DNA of 50,230 nt. It comes from Flavobacteriales bacterium UBA2798 (GTDB lineage: Bacteria; Bacteroidota; Bacteroidia; Flavobacteriales_D; UBA2798). The notes beneath the pieces were generated by a model. That model was not told the DNA's origin and did no database searches. It worked only from the letters and a program-made list of their open reading frames with translations. Position 1 is the stretch's first letter. Each line of letters begins with the position of its first letter. Shown piece after piece: positions 29,137-37,560 of this stretch. Both the position numbers and the translations under genes were made by a program. The DNA lies in assembly GCA_002351955.1 (NCBI GenBank), contig DEHO01000054.1, forward strand, positions 30,345 through 80,574. Reading direction: 5' to 3'.

Positions 29137-31644
29137 TTAGCCTTTTATGATTTTAAAAGTGCGAATATGATTTCCGGATTGAAGTTTTACAAAGAAAACT
29201 CCAGCAGTTAATCCGGTAATATCATAATTTGTTTTTGAGTTGGTAATTGTTTTTTCCGCAACAATTTTCCCGTGGATATTCATGATAATCATGTTGCAGT
29301 TTTCTTCGGTTTCAATGGTAATAAAATCGCTTGCAGGGTTAGGATATATTGAACTTGCAAGCAATGCATTTACTTCTTCAACTGAAACGAAGTACGAAGG
29401 ACATAAAGATTGTACTGCTGTTGGAACGCTTTCATCATTAGGTGTTCCTGTTCCCAATTGACCATTGGGATTGCGTCCGAAAGCAAAAAGGGAATCATCG
29501 GCACGAAGTGCAAGGGAGTAATTAGTTCCGCCTGCAATTTCAATTACTGAAGTCAAATTACTTACGGGAACCGGAATTGAGCTATTGGTTAATGTTCCGT
29601 TTCCTAGGTTGCCATAGGTATTTCTACCCCATGAAATAACAGTACTGTCGGATAGGATTGCCATTGAGTGGAATGCTCCACCGGCAATTGTTGTGGCGTT
29701 GTTAATGCCGCTAACCATTACAGGAGTATAACGGTCGATGGTAGTTCCGTCTCCTAGCTGACCGTAGAGGTTTTCACCCCAAGCCCAAATTGTGCCATCT
29801 TCTTTTAGTGCAAATGAGTAAAAGCGGCCTGCAGCAACTGCAATAGCTCCATTTAAATTTTCTACCATAACGGGGGTTGAATTGGTTGTAGTGGTTCCGT
29901 TGCCAAGCTGACCTTTACTGTTTCTTCCCCATGCCCAAACTGTTCCGTCATTGCGAATCGCAAGAGAATGATATTCACCACCAGAAATTGCAACAACATT
30001 TGTTAGACCAACAACTTGAACCGGCGTATTGCGATTGGTTGTAGTTCCATCGCCTACTTGTCCATCTGAGTTTCTTCCCCATGCCCAAACTGTTCCATCA
30101 ACTTTTAGTGCAAGCGAATGGTATCCTGCTGTTCCTCCTGAAATTGCTACAATTTGTTCAGTCCCCGGAATTTCAACCGGAATTAGCGAATTGTTGTTTG
30201 TGCCATCGCCCAATTGTCCGTCGGAGTTGTTACCCCATGCCCAAATTGTACTATCGGGAGTTAGAGCTAATGTATGCTGATAGCCTGCAGCAAGACTTAC
30301 GATACCAGGAACAGATTGAATCCAAACAGGAAGTACTTCATCTGCGGTGGCATTGTTTCCAACCTGTCCCATTGCATTTGCTCCCCATACATTTACCGTG
30401 CTGTCGTTTCCGCAAATAAACATCGAATGCGACCATCCTGCAGAAATCCGCTGATTGGTGGAAAGAAACTCATTAATGGGTGCGCATAATCCGTTTACAA
30501 GCGTAGGTACATGACGATCAATATTGGTGCCGTCACCAAGTTGTCCATTGGGGTTTCGTCCCCATGCATACATAGATTGATCTGAAGCAATGGCAAGTGA
30601 ATAGTTTGTTCCTCCTGAAATCTCAATAATACCTGAAATTCCGGATACTGCAACTGGAATTGTACTTAAGGTGGTTGTACCATCGCCAAGCTGACCATAA
30701 TCGTTTCTTCCCCAACTCACAACGCTTTCATCCAATCGGATGGCCATACCATGAAATGCCCCACCTGCAATGTCTATAGCATCATTTATCCCACTTACCT
30801 GAACAGCGAAATTGCTGTTGGTGGTAGTTCCATTTCCCAATTGTCCATGGTTATTTTGACCCCATGTCCAAACTGTTCCGTCTGATCTAAGAGCGATCGA
30901 AAAATATCTTCCGCCTGCAATATCTACAACGTCATTTAGCATCCCAACAATAACAGGAGTTGATCTAGTTGTATTTGACATATCACCAAGTTGTCCTTCG
31001 TTGTTTCTTCCCCATGCCCAAACTGTTCCATCGCTTTTTATTGCTAAAGAATGGTATTCGCCACCGGCAATAGCTATAACATCTGTTAGGCCTAAGACCT
31101 GTATAGGCACATTGCTGTCAGTTGTAGTTCCATTTCCAAGTTGTCCCTCTGAATTTCTTCCCCATGCCCAAACAGTTCCATCCACTTTAAGAGCTAGCGA
31201 ATGATAACCCGCCTTACCTCCTGAAATAGAAATCACTTGGTTTAAGCCATTTGTTTTTACTGCAATTGGAGTTGAGGTATTGTTACCGTTTCCAAGTTGT
31301 CCATAAGTATTATCACCAAATGCCCAAACTGTACTATCGGTGCGCAGCATAAGGGTGTGCCTGTATCCGGCAGAGATAATGCGAATACCTGAAGTATTGA
31401 AAGTTTGAACAGGCGTGTAGGAATCAACTAACAGACCATTTCCAACTTGTCCAAATGAGTTGGCCCCCCAACCGTACAAATTGTTGCCGCATAAATTGGA
31501 AGAGTGTGACCAACCGGCAGAAATAGTTTGTGAATTAACATTTGCAGAAATTGCAAACATAAGAAACACAATAGCGCAATTGATGTCTGGCATTTTCTGA
31601 CATCTAAATGCCAGCGAACGGAAAAAAATATAAATAGTTTTCAT
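29137..31644 (-). CDS. tandem double RCC1-repeat beta-propeller protein with T9SS type-A C-terminal sorting domain
   Basis: About 14 RCC1-type blades (repeated ...GG.YHSLA...DGTVWAWG.N..GQLG.GT...) arranged as two ~350-aa units. The C-terminus SIYPNPASDFITIE...GVFFVKLQSGNHIRTFKIIKG is a T9SS CTD. The signal peptide may begin at the internal Met (MPDINCAIVFLMFAISANVNSQ, start 31593). Confidence 0.85.
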   Translation of the reverse strand: MKTIYIFFRSLAFRCQKMPDINCAIVFLMFAISANVNSQTISAGWSHSSNLCGNNLYGWGANSFGQVGNGLLVDSYTPVQTFNTSGIRIISAGYRHTLMLRTDSTVWAFGDNTYGQLGNGNNTSTPIAVKTNGLNQVISISGGKAGYHSLALKVDGTVWAWGRNSEGQLGNGTTTDSNVPIQVLGLTDVIAIAGGEYHSLAIKSDGTVWAWGRNNEGQLGDMSNTTRSTPVIVGMLNDVVDIAGGRYFSIALRSDGTVWTWGQNNHGQLGNGTTTNSNFAVQVSGINDAIDIAGGAFHGMAIRLDESVVSWGRNDYGQLGDGTTTLSTIPVAVSGISGIIEISGGTNYSLAIASDQSMYAWGRNPNGQLGDGTNIDRHVPTLVNGLCAPINEFLSTNQRISAGWSHSMFICGNDSTVNVWGANAMGQVGNNATADEVLPVWIQSVPGIVSLAAGYQHTLALTPDSTIWAWGNNSDGQLGDGTNNNSLIPVEIPGTEQIVAISGGTAGYHSLALKVDGTVWAWGRNSDGQVGDGTTTNRNTPVQVVGLTNVVAISGGEYHSLAIRNDGTVWAWGRNSKGQLGNGTTTTNSTPVMVENLNGAIAVAAGRFYSFALKEDGTIWAWGENLYGQLGDGTTIDRYTPVMVSGINNATTIAGGAFHSMAILSDSTVISWGRNTYGNLGNGTLTNSSIPVPVSNLTSVIEIAGGTNYSLALRADDSLFAFGRNPNGQLGTGTPNDESVPTAVQSLCPSYFVSVEEVNALLASSIYPNPASDFITIETEENCNMIIMNIHGKIVAEKTITNSKTNYDITGLTAGVFFVKLQSGNHIRTFKIIKG
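29401..31524 (-). repeat. internal tandem duplication of a ~1.05-kb seven-blade RCC1 unit
   Basis: Unit 1 (aa ~41-388, nt 30481..31524) and unit 2 (aa ~400-748, nt 29401..30447) both start ISAGWSHS and end ...LC. Long near-identical stretches are visible at the DNA level, for example 30063..30125 versus 31149..31210, which both contain TTTCTTCCCCATGCCCAAAC.GTTCCATC. Confidence 0.8.
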
Positions 31645-31653
31645 GTAATTTTT

Positions 31654-33093
31654 TTAGAGTTTAATAATTTTTTTGATAAGAGTTTGCTCACCCAAATTCA
31701 AACGAATAAAGTAAATTCCATTTGGAATATTACTTAAGTCTAATTCGTATTGTCCGGGAAACTCAATTTTGGTGAGAGGTAAAGTTAGAAAGCAATCACC
31801 AAGGGTGTTATGGACAGAAATTATTCCGGATTCAACTTGGTAGAAGTCATCATTATTGATAACAATATTGATTTTTCCGGTGAAGGTTGGGTTTGGAAAA
31901 CAATGTAAATTAACTTTATTGATGGCTATTTCGTTTCCGGTGCTTACAGGATGTTGAATGGGACAAACAAGTGTAGATTGATTAACGGTATTCCTTTGAA
32001 GTAATGTTCCATCACCTAATTGTCCACTGGCATTTCTGCCTAAGCCCCAAAATGTACCGTCTGCTTTGTACAAAAGCGAGAAGTTTGTTCCGGCAGCCAT
32101 TCCAACAACATCTGTAATCCCTGTTGTTTGCACCGGCGTGCTTCGATGCGTTGTAGTTCCGTCACCGAGATTGCCATATGTATTTCTACCCCAGGCCCAA
32201 ACTGTACCATCGTCTTTCACAATCAAGCAATGAAATGCACCAACGGCTACTATATTGGTGGTTATTCCATTTAATCCACTTACCTGAACCGGAACATGAC
32301 TATCAGTTGTGTTTCCGTTACCAAGTTGCCCGTAAAGATTCTCGCCCCATGTCCAGACGGTACCATCGTTTTTAATGGCAAGAGAAAAAAATCTTCCTGC
32401 AGCAATTTTTGAAACTCCGCTAAGGTTGCTCACTTGTACCGGAGTGGTCCGATCTGTTGTAGTTCCATCCCCAATCTGCCCGCTAACATTATCACCCCAT
32501 GCCCAAACAGTTCCATCGTTTTTTAAAGCGAGGTTGTGATACGTTCCGGCTACAACTTGAATCACATTTGTAAGGCCTGGTACCATTGTAGGAAGAATTC
32601 TGTCGGTAAAAGTTCCGTCCCCAATTTGTCCATCAATGTTCCATCCCCATGTCCATACAGTTCCATCCGCTTTTAATGCAACAGAATGCCATCCTCCTGC
32701 TGAAATCTGAATCGCATCTGTAAGAAGTAAAACTTGACCGGGAATATTGGTATTGGTAAGTGTTCCATTTCCTAAGCCTCCATATAAGTTGCTTCCCCAT
32801 GAATAGACTTTCCCGTTTGCACCTAATGCTAAAGAATGTGCTTCGAGCTGATCCCCTCCGCCGGAGACGGCAATGATTTGAGGGAGCCCGGTTGGAGTAA
32901 CCGGACTGGGTTGATCAGTGTTGTTGCCGTTACCCAGCTGACCCGTTGCATTCTCTCCGAATGCTTTAACGGTGCTGTCGGTACAAACCACAAGGGAATG
33001 CCAGCCACCTGCAGCAATTTTTTGACTGTAACCGTTCATTGAAAAAAGCACAATGATTACAGTAAGCCAAGACCAATTCATATAATTTTTCAT
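31654..33093 (-). CDS. RCC1-repeat beta-propeller protein with T9SS type-A C-terminal sorting domain
   Basis: Signal peptide MKNYMNWSWLTVIIVLFSMNGYSQ and about 7 RCC1 blades (DGTVWTWG.N.DGQIGDGT...). The CTD is CFPNPTFTGKINIV...GIYFIRLNLGEQTLIKKIIKL. Confidence 0.85.
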   Translation of the reverse strand: MKNYMNWSWLTVIIVLFSMNGYSQKIAAGGWHSLVVCTDSTVKAFGENATGQLGNGNNTDQPSPVTPTGLPQIIAVSGGGDQLEAHSLALGANGKVYSWGSNLYGGLGNGTLTNTNIPGQVLLLTDAIQISAGGWHSVALKADGTVWTWGWNIDGQIGDGTFTDRILPTMVPGLTNVIQVVAGTYHNLALKNDGTVWAWGDNVSGQIGDGTTTDRTTPVQVSNLSGVSKIAAGRFFSLAIKNDGTVWTWGENLYGQLGNGNTTDSHVPVQVSGLNGITTNIVAVGAFHCLIVKDDGTVWAWGRNTYGNLGDGTTTHRSTPVQTTGITDVVGMAAGTNFSLLYKADGTFWGLGRNASGQLGDGTLLQRNTVNQSTLVCPIQHPVSTGNEIAINKVNLHCFPNPTFTGKINIVINNDDFYQVESGIISVHNTLGDCFLTLPLTKIEFPGQYELDLSNIPNGIYFIRLNLGEQTLIKKIIKL

Positions 33094-33114
33094 TTTTAAA
33101 AGAGTTAGTTTTTT

Positions 33115-35544
33115 TTAAAATCGTCCACGTAATGCAACAATGAAGTTTCTGCCTGGTGCATTTAATCCGGATGAGTAAGGCCTGTACATTTTATCCAGTA
33201 AGTTTTCCACGCCAATATTTATTCCCAGATATTCATTGATAAAATAACCAGCTTTTAAATTCAGTGTATACCATGATGATGCGTAGTTCTGACCCAATTC
33301 ATTTTTAGCATAAGAGGCATTTAACCTTTCCGTGATCGCAAGATCTTCAAAATCCATCCGACCGTTATAAATCAAGTAGAAATCAAATTTCAGAGTCTTG
33401 TACCTATACGTAAAGTGCGTTGTACCAAAAAGTGGTGCAGCATGGCGTAATGGATAAAAAATCAAACTGTCAGGACTTTGTTCTTTACCACTTTGGTAAG
33501 AGATGTTACTCGTTATTCCAAATCCTTTGTAATTAAATTCAATTCCTCCTTGGATTCCGTAAACATGTATTTCAGAAACATTTTGAACAGCTTGTATCCT
33601 GCTTTTATTTCCAAGATATCGAATAGTAGTATCACCATTAAATGTGAAATTTTTTCTGATCATACCATCAAATAAAAAGGTGTAATAGGCAGCAAAGTCT
33701 ATTCGCAAATATTTTCCAAAAGTTTTTACAGCGCCAACTTCGAAATTGTAAACCGTTTCCGGTTTCAAATTCGGATTTGGTACCACCAGGTATCCGGGAG
33801 TCGATTCAAATACTTTTCCCATATCATCAATATTCGGAGCGCGGAATCCGGATGCAAAATTCAAATAACCTTGCATAGTCTTGTTTGGACTGTATACAAA
33901 TCCAAGGGATCCGCTAATCGATCCGTTTTGCATTACGGTATTGGTAAAGGGAAACGGAAAAAATGTAGTATCAAAACTTGCTTTGATCCGGTAGTAGTTA
34001 TAACGGACACCTGAATTCAGAACAATTTTTTCCGTCAGTTGATATTTCCCGGTTGCAAATGCACTGTATGATTCCCATGTTGAACCATCGGGATATCGGG
34101 TAACAATTGGTTCCTCTTCAAGCGTGATTACGTGAGTTAAGGTTGCAAGTGATGTTACAAGATTGTGCACAGCTTCCACGCCATAGTTCACAGAAAGCCT
34201 AGGACTGATACGTTTTTCAAAATCGACATTCAGTGAGAGTGCTTTTACATTCTCTTTCTGCATCAGAAGCTCCCTGAACATAAATTCTCTTACGTTTCGG
34301 CTTTCTTCAAAATATTGTGCGGCAAAAATCACCTGTGCTTTATCATAAATGCGGGTTGCTTTATCAAGTGTAATACCAAACCGGTGCATTGTCCATTTTT
34401 GCGGACCATAAAACCATTCTGCCCAACGTAATTTGTTTTTGTACGGGCCGGAGGTTTGCATGATGTAAAGCCTGTCGTATCTGTTGAATTTTGATGTTTC
34501 CGAAAAGTGAAATCCGTAGTCGAACACCAGCGAATTATTCGCCTTGAAACTGACTTTTTGCATGAAATTGATCTGGCTGAAATTAGTTCCGACTTGTAAA
34601 GTTGAATCATTGTTTTTCACCATGTAATCTTTGTTGTCGATGGTTTCAACGTAGTATGGTCTGTAGAAATACGGATCGCCACCTTTTGAACCCGATCGTA
34701 GATCTCCATATTCCGAAGAAGTGAAGCTGGTTGTAAATGCCCACTTTTTAAAGGCGGTATTAAAATCGAAATGCCCCGATTTTTCGGAATTGGCGGAAGA
34801 GCTTCTCATCAGGACGTTTCCGGTAACAATTGGCTTTTTTGAAGCACTGTCTGCAAATCGGGGAACCAAAGTCCTGAAGTCCATTACCCCGCCGATTGCA
34901 TCACTGCCGTAAACCACAGAACCGGCTCCAAAAACTACATCGACACCCTGCAATGCGTTAGCATCGAGGGAAATTACATTTTGCAAATTTCCTGCACGAA
35001 AAATTGCCGTATTCATGCGAACCCCATCAACAACAAGCAATACCCTGTTCGTTGCAAATCCCCGCAGCATGGGCGAACCACCGCCTAGTTGACTTTTCTG
35101 AATAAAGACATATCCGCTTGTGCCCAACAGATCGGCTGCTGTTTGCGGGTTTTGAAATGCAGCATCCTGCATATTCATACGCTCAATCCTGGTAGGTGTT
35201 TCCAGCGATAAATCCCTCCATCGTCCGGATTCAACAATAACCTCCTTCAGTGTTACAGATAATTCAGACAGTGAGATCTGGAACTGTTTAGTTTCAAGAA
35301 ATGCATAGCTTACAATAAAGACATTGTATCCGAAATGCCGGATTAATATGCTGTCTGAACCTCTGAGTGCACTAATATCAGCCTGACCAAATTCATTTGT
35401 GGTTGCTGAAGCTTCCGGATTTTTGCTGGATAGGACAACACCCTGAACAGGCCTGCCATTATTGGCATCTCTCACAAATATAGTTTGTGCAGAACATGCC
35501 AATGAAATGCAGGTGCATGCGATTGCAATAACAAATCGTTTCAT
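33115..35544 (-). CDS. TonB-dependent outer-membrane receptor
   Basis: The domain order is signal peptide, a carboxypeptidase-regulatory-like N-terminal domain (IFVRDANNGRPVQGVVLS), then a plug with GGSPMLRGFATNRVLLVVDGVRMN. A long beta-barrel follows, ending in the aromatic terminal residue ...VALRGRF. No SusD-like partner is present. Confidence 0.88.
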   Translation of the reverse strand: MKRFVIAIACTCISLACSAQTIFVRDANNGRPVQGVVLSSKNPEASATTNEFGQADISALRGSDSILIRHFGYNVFIVSYAFLETKQFQISLSELSVTLKEVIVESGRWRDLSLETPTRIERMNMQDAAFQNPQTAADLLGTSGYVFIQKSQLGGGSPMLRGFATNRVLLVVDGVRMNTAIFRAGNLQNVISLDANALQGVDVVFGAGSVVYGSDAIGGVMDFRTLVPRFADSASKKPIVTGNVLMRSSSANSEKSGHFDFNTAFKKWAFTTSFTSSEYGDLRSGSKGGDPYFYRPYYVETIDNKDYMVKNNDSTLQVGTNFSQINFMQKVSFKANNSLVFDYGFHFSETSKFNRYDRLYIMQTSGPYKNKLRWAEWFYGPQKWTMHRFGITLDKATRIYDKAQVIFAAQYFEESRNVREFMFRELLMQKENVKALSLNVDFEKRISPRLSVNYGVEAVHNLVTSLATLTHVITLEEEPIVTRYPDGSTWESYSAFATGKYQLTEKIVLNSGVRYNYYRIKASFDTTFFPFPFTNTVMQNGSISGSLGFVYSPNKTMQGYLNFASGFRAPNIDDMGKVFESTPGYLVVPNPNLKPETVYNFEVGAVKTFGKYLRIDFAAYYTFLFDGMIRKNFTFNGDTTIRYLGNKSRIQAVQNVSEIHVYGIQGGIEFNYKGFGITSNISYQSGKEQSPDSLIFYPLRHAAPLFGTTHFTYRYKTLKFDFYLIYNGRMDFEDLAITERLNASYAKNELGQNYASSWYTLNLKAGYFINEYLGINIGVENLLDKMYRPYSSGLNAPGRNFIVALRGRF

Positions 35545-35617
35545 TATTGAAAATTCTTAAAGAATAGAAAATTCCTCTTCTTAAATTAATAGAAGGGAAA
35601 ACAGAAATTAACAGGCT

Positions 35618-36154
35618 TTATGCTGCTTCCGGCGGCGGAGAAAAATCTGTCGAAAACCCATTTTGTGTAGGGCGGATATTCAAATACGTAGCTTTAATGG
35701 CGCTATTACTAAAAAGAATCGCAGAGTTGTTTTCTGAATAATCGTGGTAAATTGATTTAAAGAAGAAGTCCAGTAACTGCGATTGCTTATTGGAATTAGG
35801 TACTTTCCCCAAGGCATACAGCCAGAGATCATTGAGCGTTTTGTTTAATGCGGTTTCCTCATTGTCCCACCAGCACCAGTAAATAGTAGTATCACCAGAA
35901 ACCGATTTTTCCACTATGTCATACATTTCACCTTGGTACTCAAACTCCTTAGAATGATGCCAGTGCAGTAAATGTTCGTTTTTTGGTGTTGCCTTAATAA
36001 GGGTTAATTGTCCGCGGTCAATTCCTGCAATAATTTTGTGCTTAATAGATTTACGCAGTTCCATTTTTTGAAAATGTACAACACCCCAACCCAGAAAAAA
36101 CGGAGCGAAGAGTGAGAGAATAACAAAAATTGATATGTATCTCTTTTTAAACAA
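35618..36154 (-). CDS. hypothetical membrane-anchored protein (first gene of the TonB-receptor/RCC1 operon)
   Basis: N-terminal TM anchor KKRYISIFVILSLFAPFFLGWGVV, then a His/Trp-rich soluble part (LLHWHHSKEFEYQGEMYDIV, IYWCWWDNEE). It needs a TTG start at 36154. The next in-frame Met would remove the TM segment. Confidence 0.5.
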   Translation of the reverse strand: MFKKRYISIFVILSLFAPFFLGWGVVHFQKMELRKSIKHKIIAGIDRGQLTLIKATPKNEHLLHWHHSKEFEYQGEMYDIVEKSVSGDTTIYWCWWDNEETALNKTLNDLWLYALGKVPNSNKQSQLLDFFFKSIYHDYSENNSAILFSNSAIKATYLNIRPTQNGFSTDFSPPPEAA

Positions 36155-36162
36155 GGCGAAAA

Positions 36163-36170
36163 CAAACCTA
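36163..36170 (-). promoter_or_regulatory. Bacteroidota -7 promoter box TAGGTTTG
   Basis: The plus strand reads CAAACCTA. The box ends 8 nt upstream of the TTG start at 36154. Confidence 0.4.
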
Positions 36171-36417
36171 AATTTACCAAATTTTACCTAAATACAATTT
36201 AATTTTTCAAAGTGCTTTCCTAACTCGTTTATTCAGCATCCTTATAATCAATTGTTTACCAAAACAAAGCGGTTTTTTATCATCGTCAAAGCTGTAAAAT
36301 GAAGAATTGGTCTATTTTCTGCAGCCATCGGTAGGGGAGTTATTTTAGAATGAAATGGGGGTGGGTGTAATTTTAACGCGTTGAATAGGTTGTTTTGGAA
36401 ATAGTGAAAATCGCCTT

Positions 36418-36425
36418 TAGGTTTG
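36418..36425 (+). promoter_or_regulatory. Bacteroidota -7 promoter box TAGGTTTG
   Basis: Matches TAnnTTTG and ends 11 nt upstream of ATG 36437. It is divergent from the box at 36163..36170. Confidence 0.45.
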
Positions 36426-36436
36426 TAACTAATACG

Positions 36437-37159
36437 ATGTTTAACCGTTTCATTATTTCAAAGTTGATGCTGAGAACTGCAATATTTACTGTTTGTTTCG
36501 TTTGGGGATTGAATGGGTTTTCACGTGAATCCATTTGTAGAATGTTTGGAAGTGATTATTCCAAAGCTATTATTTTCCTTCAACAAAACGGCACGTATTT
36601 TGAATTAGCAGCAAAGTGGTCGGGTAAGGACCCTCGTTTTTTGAAAAGCATTGTGTTTCCCGAATTGATCCGCTACCATCAACTCAGCGATCTGTTTGAA
36701 ACCGCAGCATTGGAGTGGCTCTATGTAGAAGGAGGTAGCAAGGCGGCCGATTTTTCAATCGGTCATTTACAGATGAAACCGTCTTTTATAGAGACGCTGG
36801 AGGGGTATGTTTCATCTGTGGAGTCGCTCCGTTGCAAATATGGTTTCCTGATCCTGAGCGGTAGCGGATCTTCCTTTCGGAAGCAGCGCATAGTGCGATT
36901 AAAAATGATACAATGGCAGCTTGTCTATCTCGCCTGCTTTATGGAAGCGGTTACACATCGCTTTGCTGAAGAAGATTTTAACAGTGAACAGCAATGGCTA
37001 CGTTTTATGGCAACGGCATACAATTCCGGATTTATGAAAGAGCCCGGATATCTGCGCTCGCAAATGGGATTGAGTGCTTTTCCGTATGGACCAAAATTCG
37101 AAGCAAACATGCAGGTGCCTTATTCAGAAGTGGCTGTGGATTACTTTCTTAACCATTAA
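36437..37159 (+). CDS. hypothetical exported protein, possible lysozyme-like / lytic-transglycosylase fold
   Basis: N-terminal hydrophobic segment LRTAIFTVCFVWGLNGFS. The spaced motifs FPELIRY ... DFSIGHLQMKPSF ... FMATAYNSGF loosely resemble the E...GLMQ...AYNAG pattern of SLT domains. I chose ATG 36437 because of the promoter box inside the longer track ORF. Confidence 0.45.
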   Translation: MFNRFIISKLMLRTAIFTVCFVWGLNGFSRESICRMFGSDYSKAIIFLQQNGTYFELAAKWSGKDPRFLKSIVFPELIRYHQLSDLFETAALEWLYVEGGSKAADFSIGHLQMKPSFIETLEGYVSSVESLRCKYGFLILSGSGSSFRKQRIVRLKMIQWQLVYLACFMEAVTHRFAEEDFNSEQQWLRFMATAYNSGFMKEPGYLRSQMGLSAFPYGPKFEANMQVPYSEVAVDYFLNH

Positions 37160-37194
37160 AGATTTGTAAGACAGATTGCGTTTATTTTGGAGCT

Positions 37195-37548
37195 ATGATT
37201 ACAAACCGGATGCTTCTTTTTTTCGTTTCACTGGCATTGCTTTCCTGCAATAGTGAGACAAATTCCCTGACTGAAAAACCGGTTGAAAAGGATTCGATTG
37301 TTGTTGTCTTACCTCCATTAGTAAAAGCTCCGGTTGCCGAATTCGATATTCCTTTTGAAGAATTTATTCTTGACGCTGAAGTCGGGGGTGTGTACACCGT
37401 TCGTTCAGGTGGGGGTTCAAGAATTATTTTGCCACCTTCTGTGATGGTGGATAGTTATGGAGACCTGCTTCAAGGCGATATAAAATTTCGTTACCGTGAA
37501 TTTCATGATGCAGCCGATATATATTGCGCAGGTATTCCAATGGATTAA
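37195..37548 (+). CDS. hypothetical lipoprotein, N-terminal part (ends at a TAA that is in frame with the next ORF)
   Basis: Lipoprotein signal MITNRMLLFFVSLALLSC. It is in the same reading frame as 37561..38673, separated only by TAA plus 4 sense codons (GIPMD*DAAGMIKRF). Confidence 0.5.
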   Translation: MITNRMLLFFVSLALLSCNSETNSLTEKPVEKDSIVVVLPPLVKAPVAEFDIPFEEFILDAEVGGVYTVRSGGGSRIILPPSVMVDSYGDLLQGDIKFRYREFHDAADIYCAGIPMD

Positions 37549-37560
37549 GATGCGGCAGGA

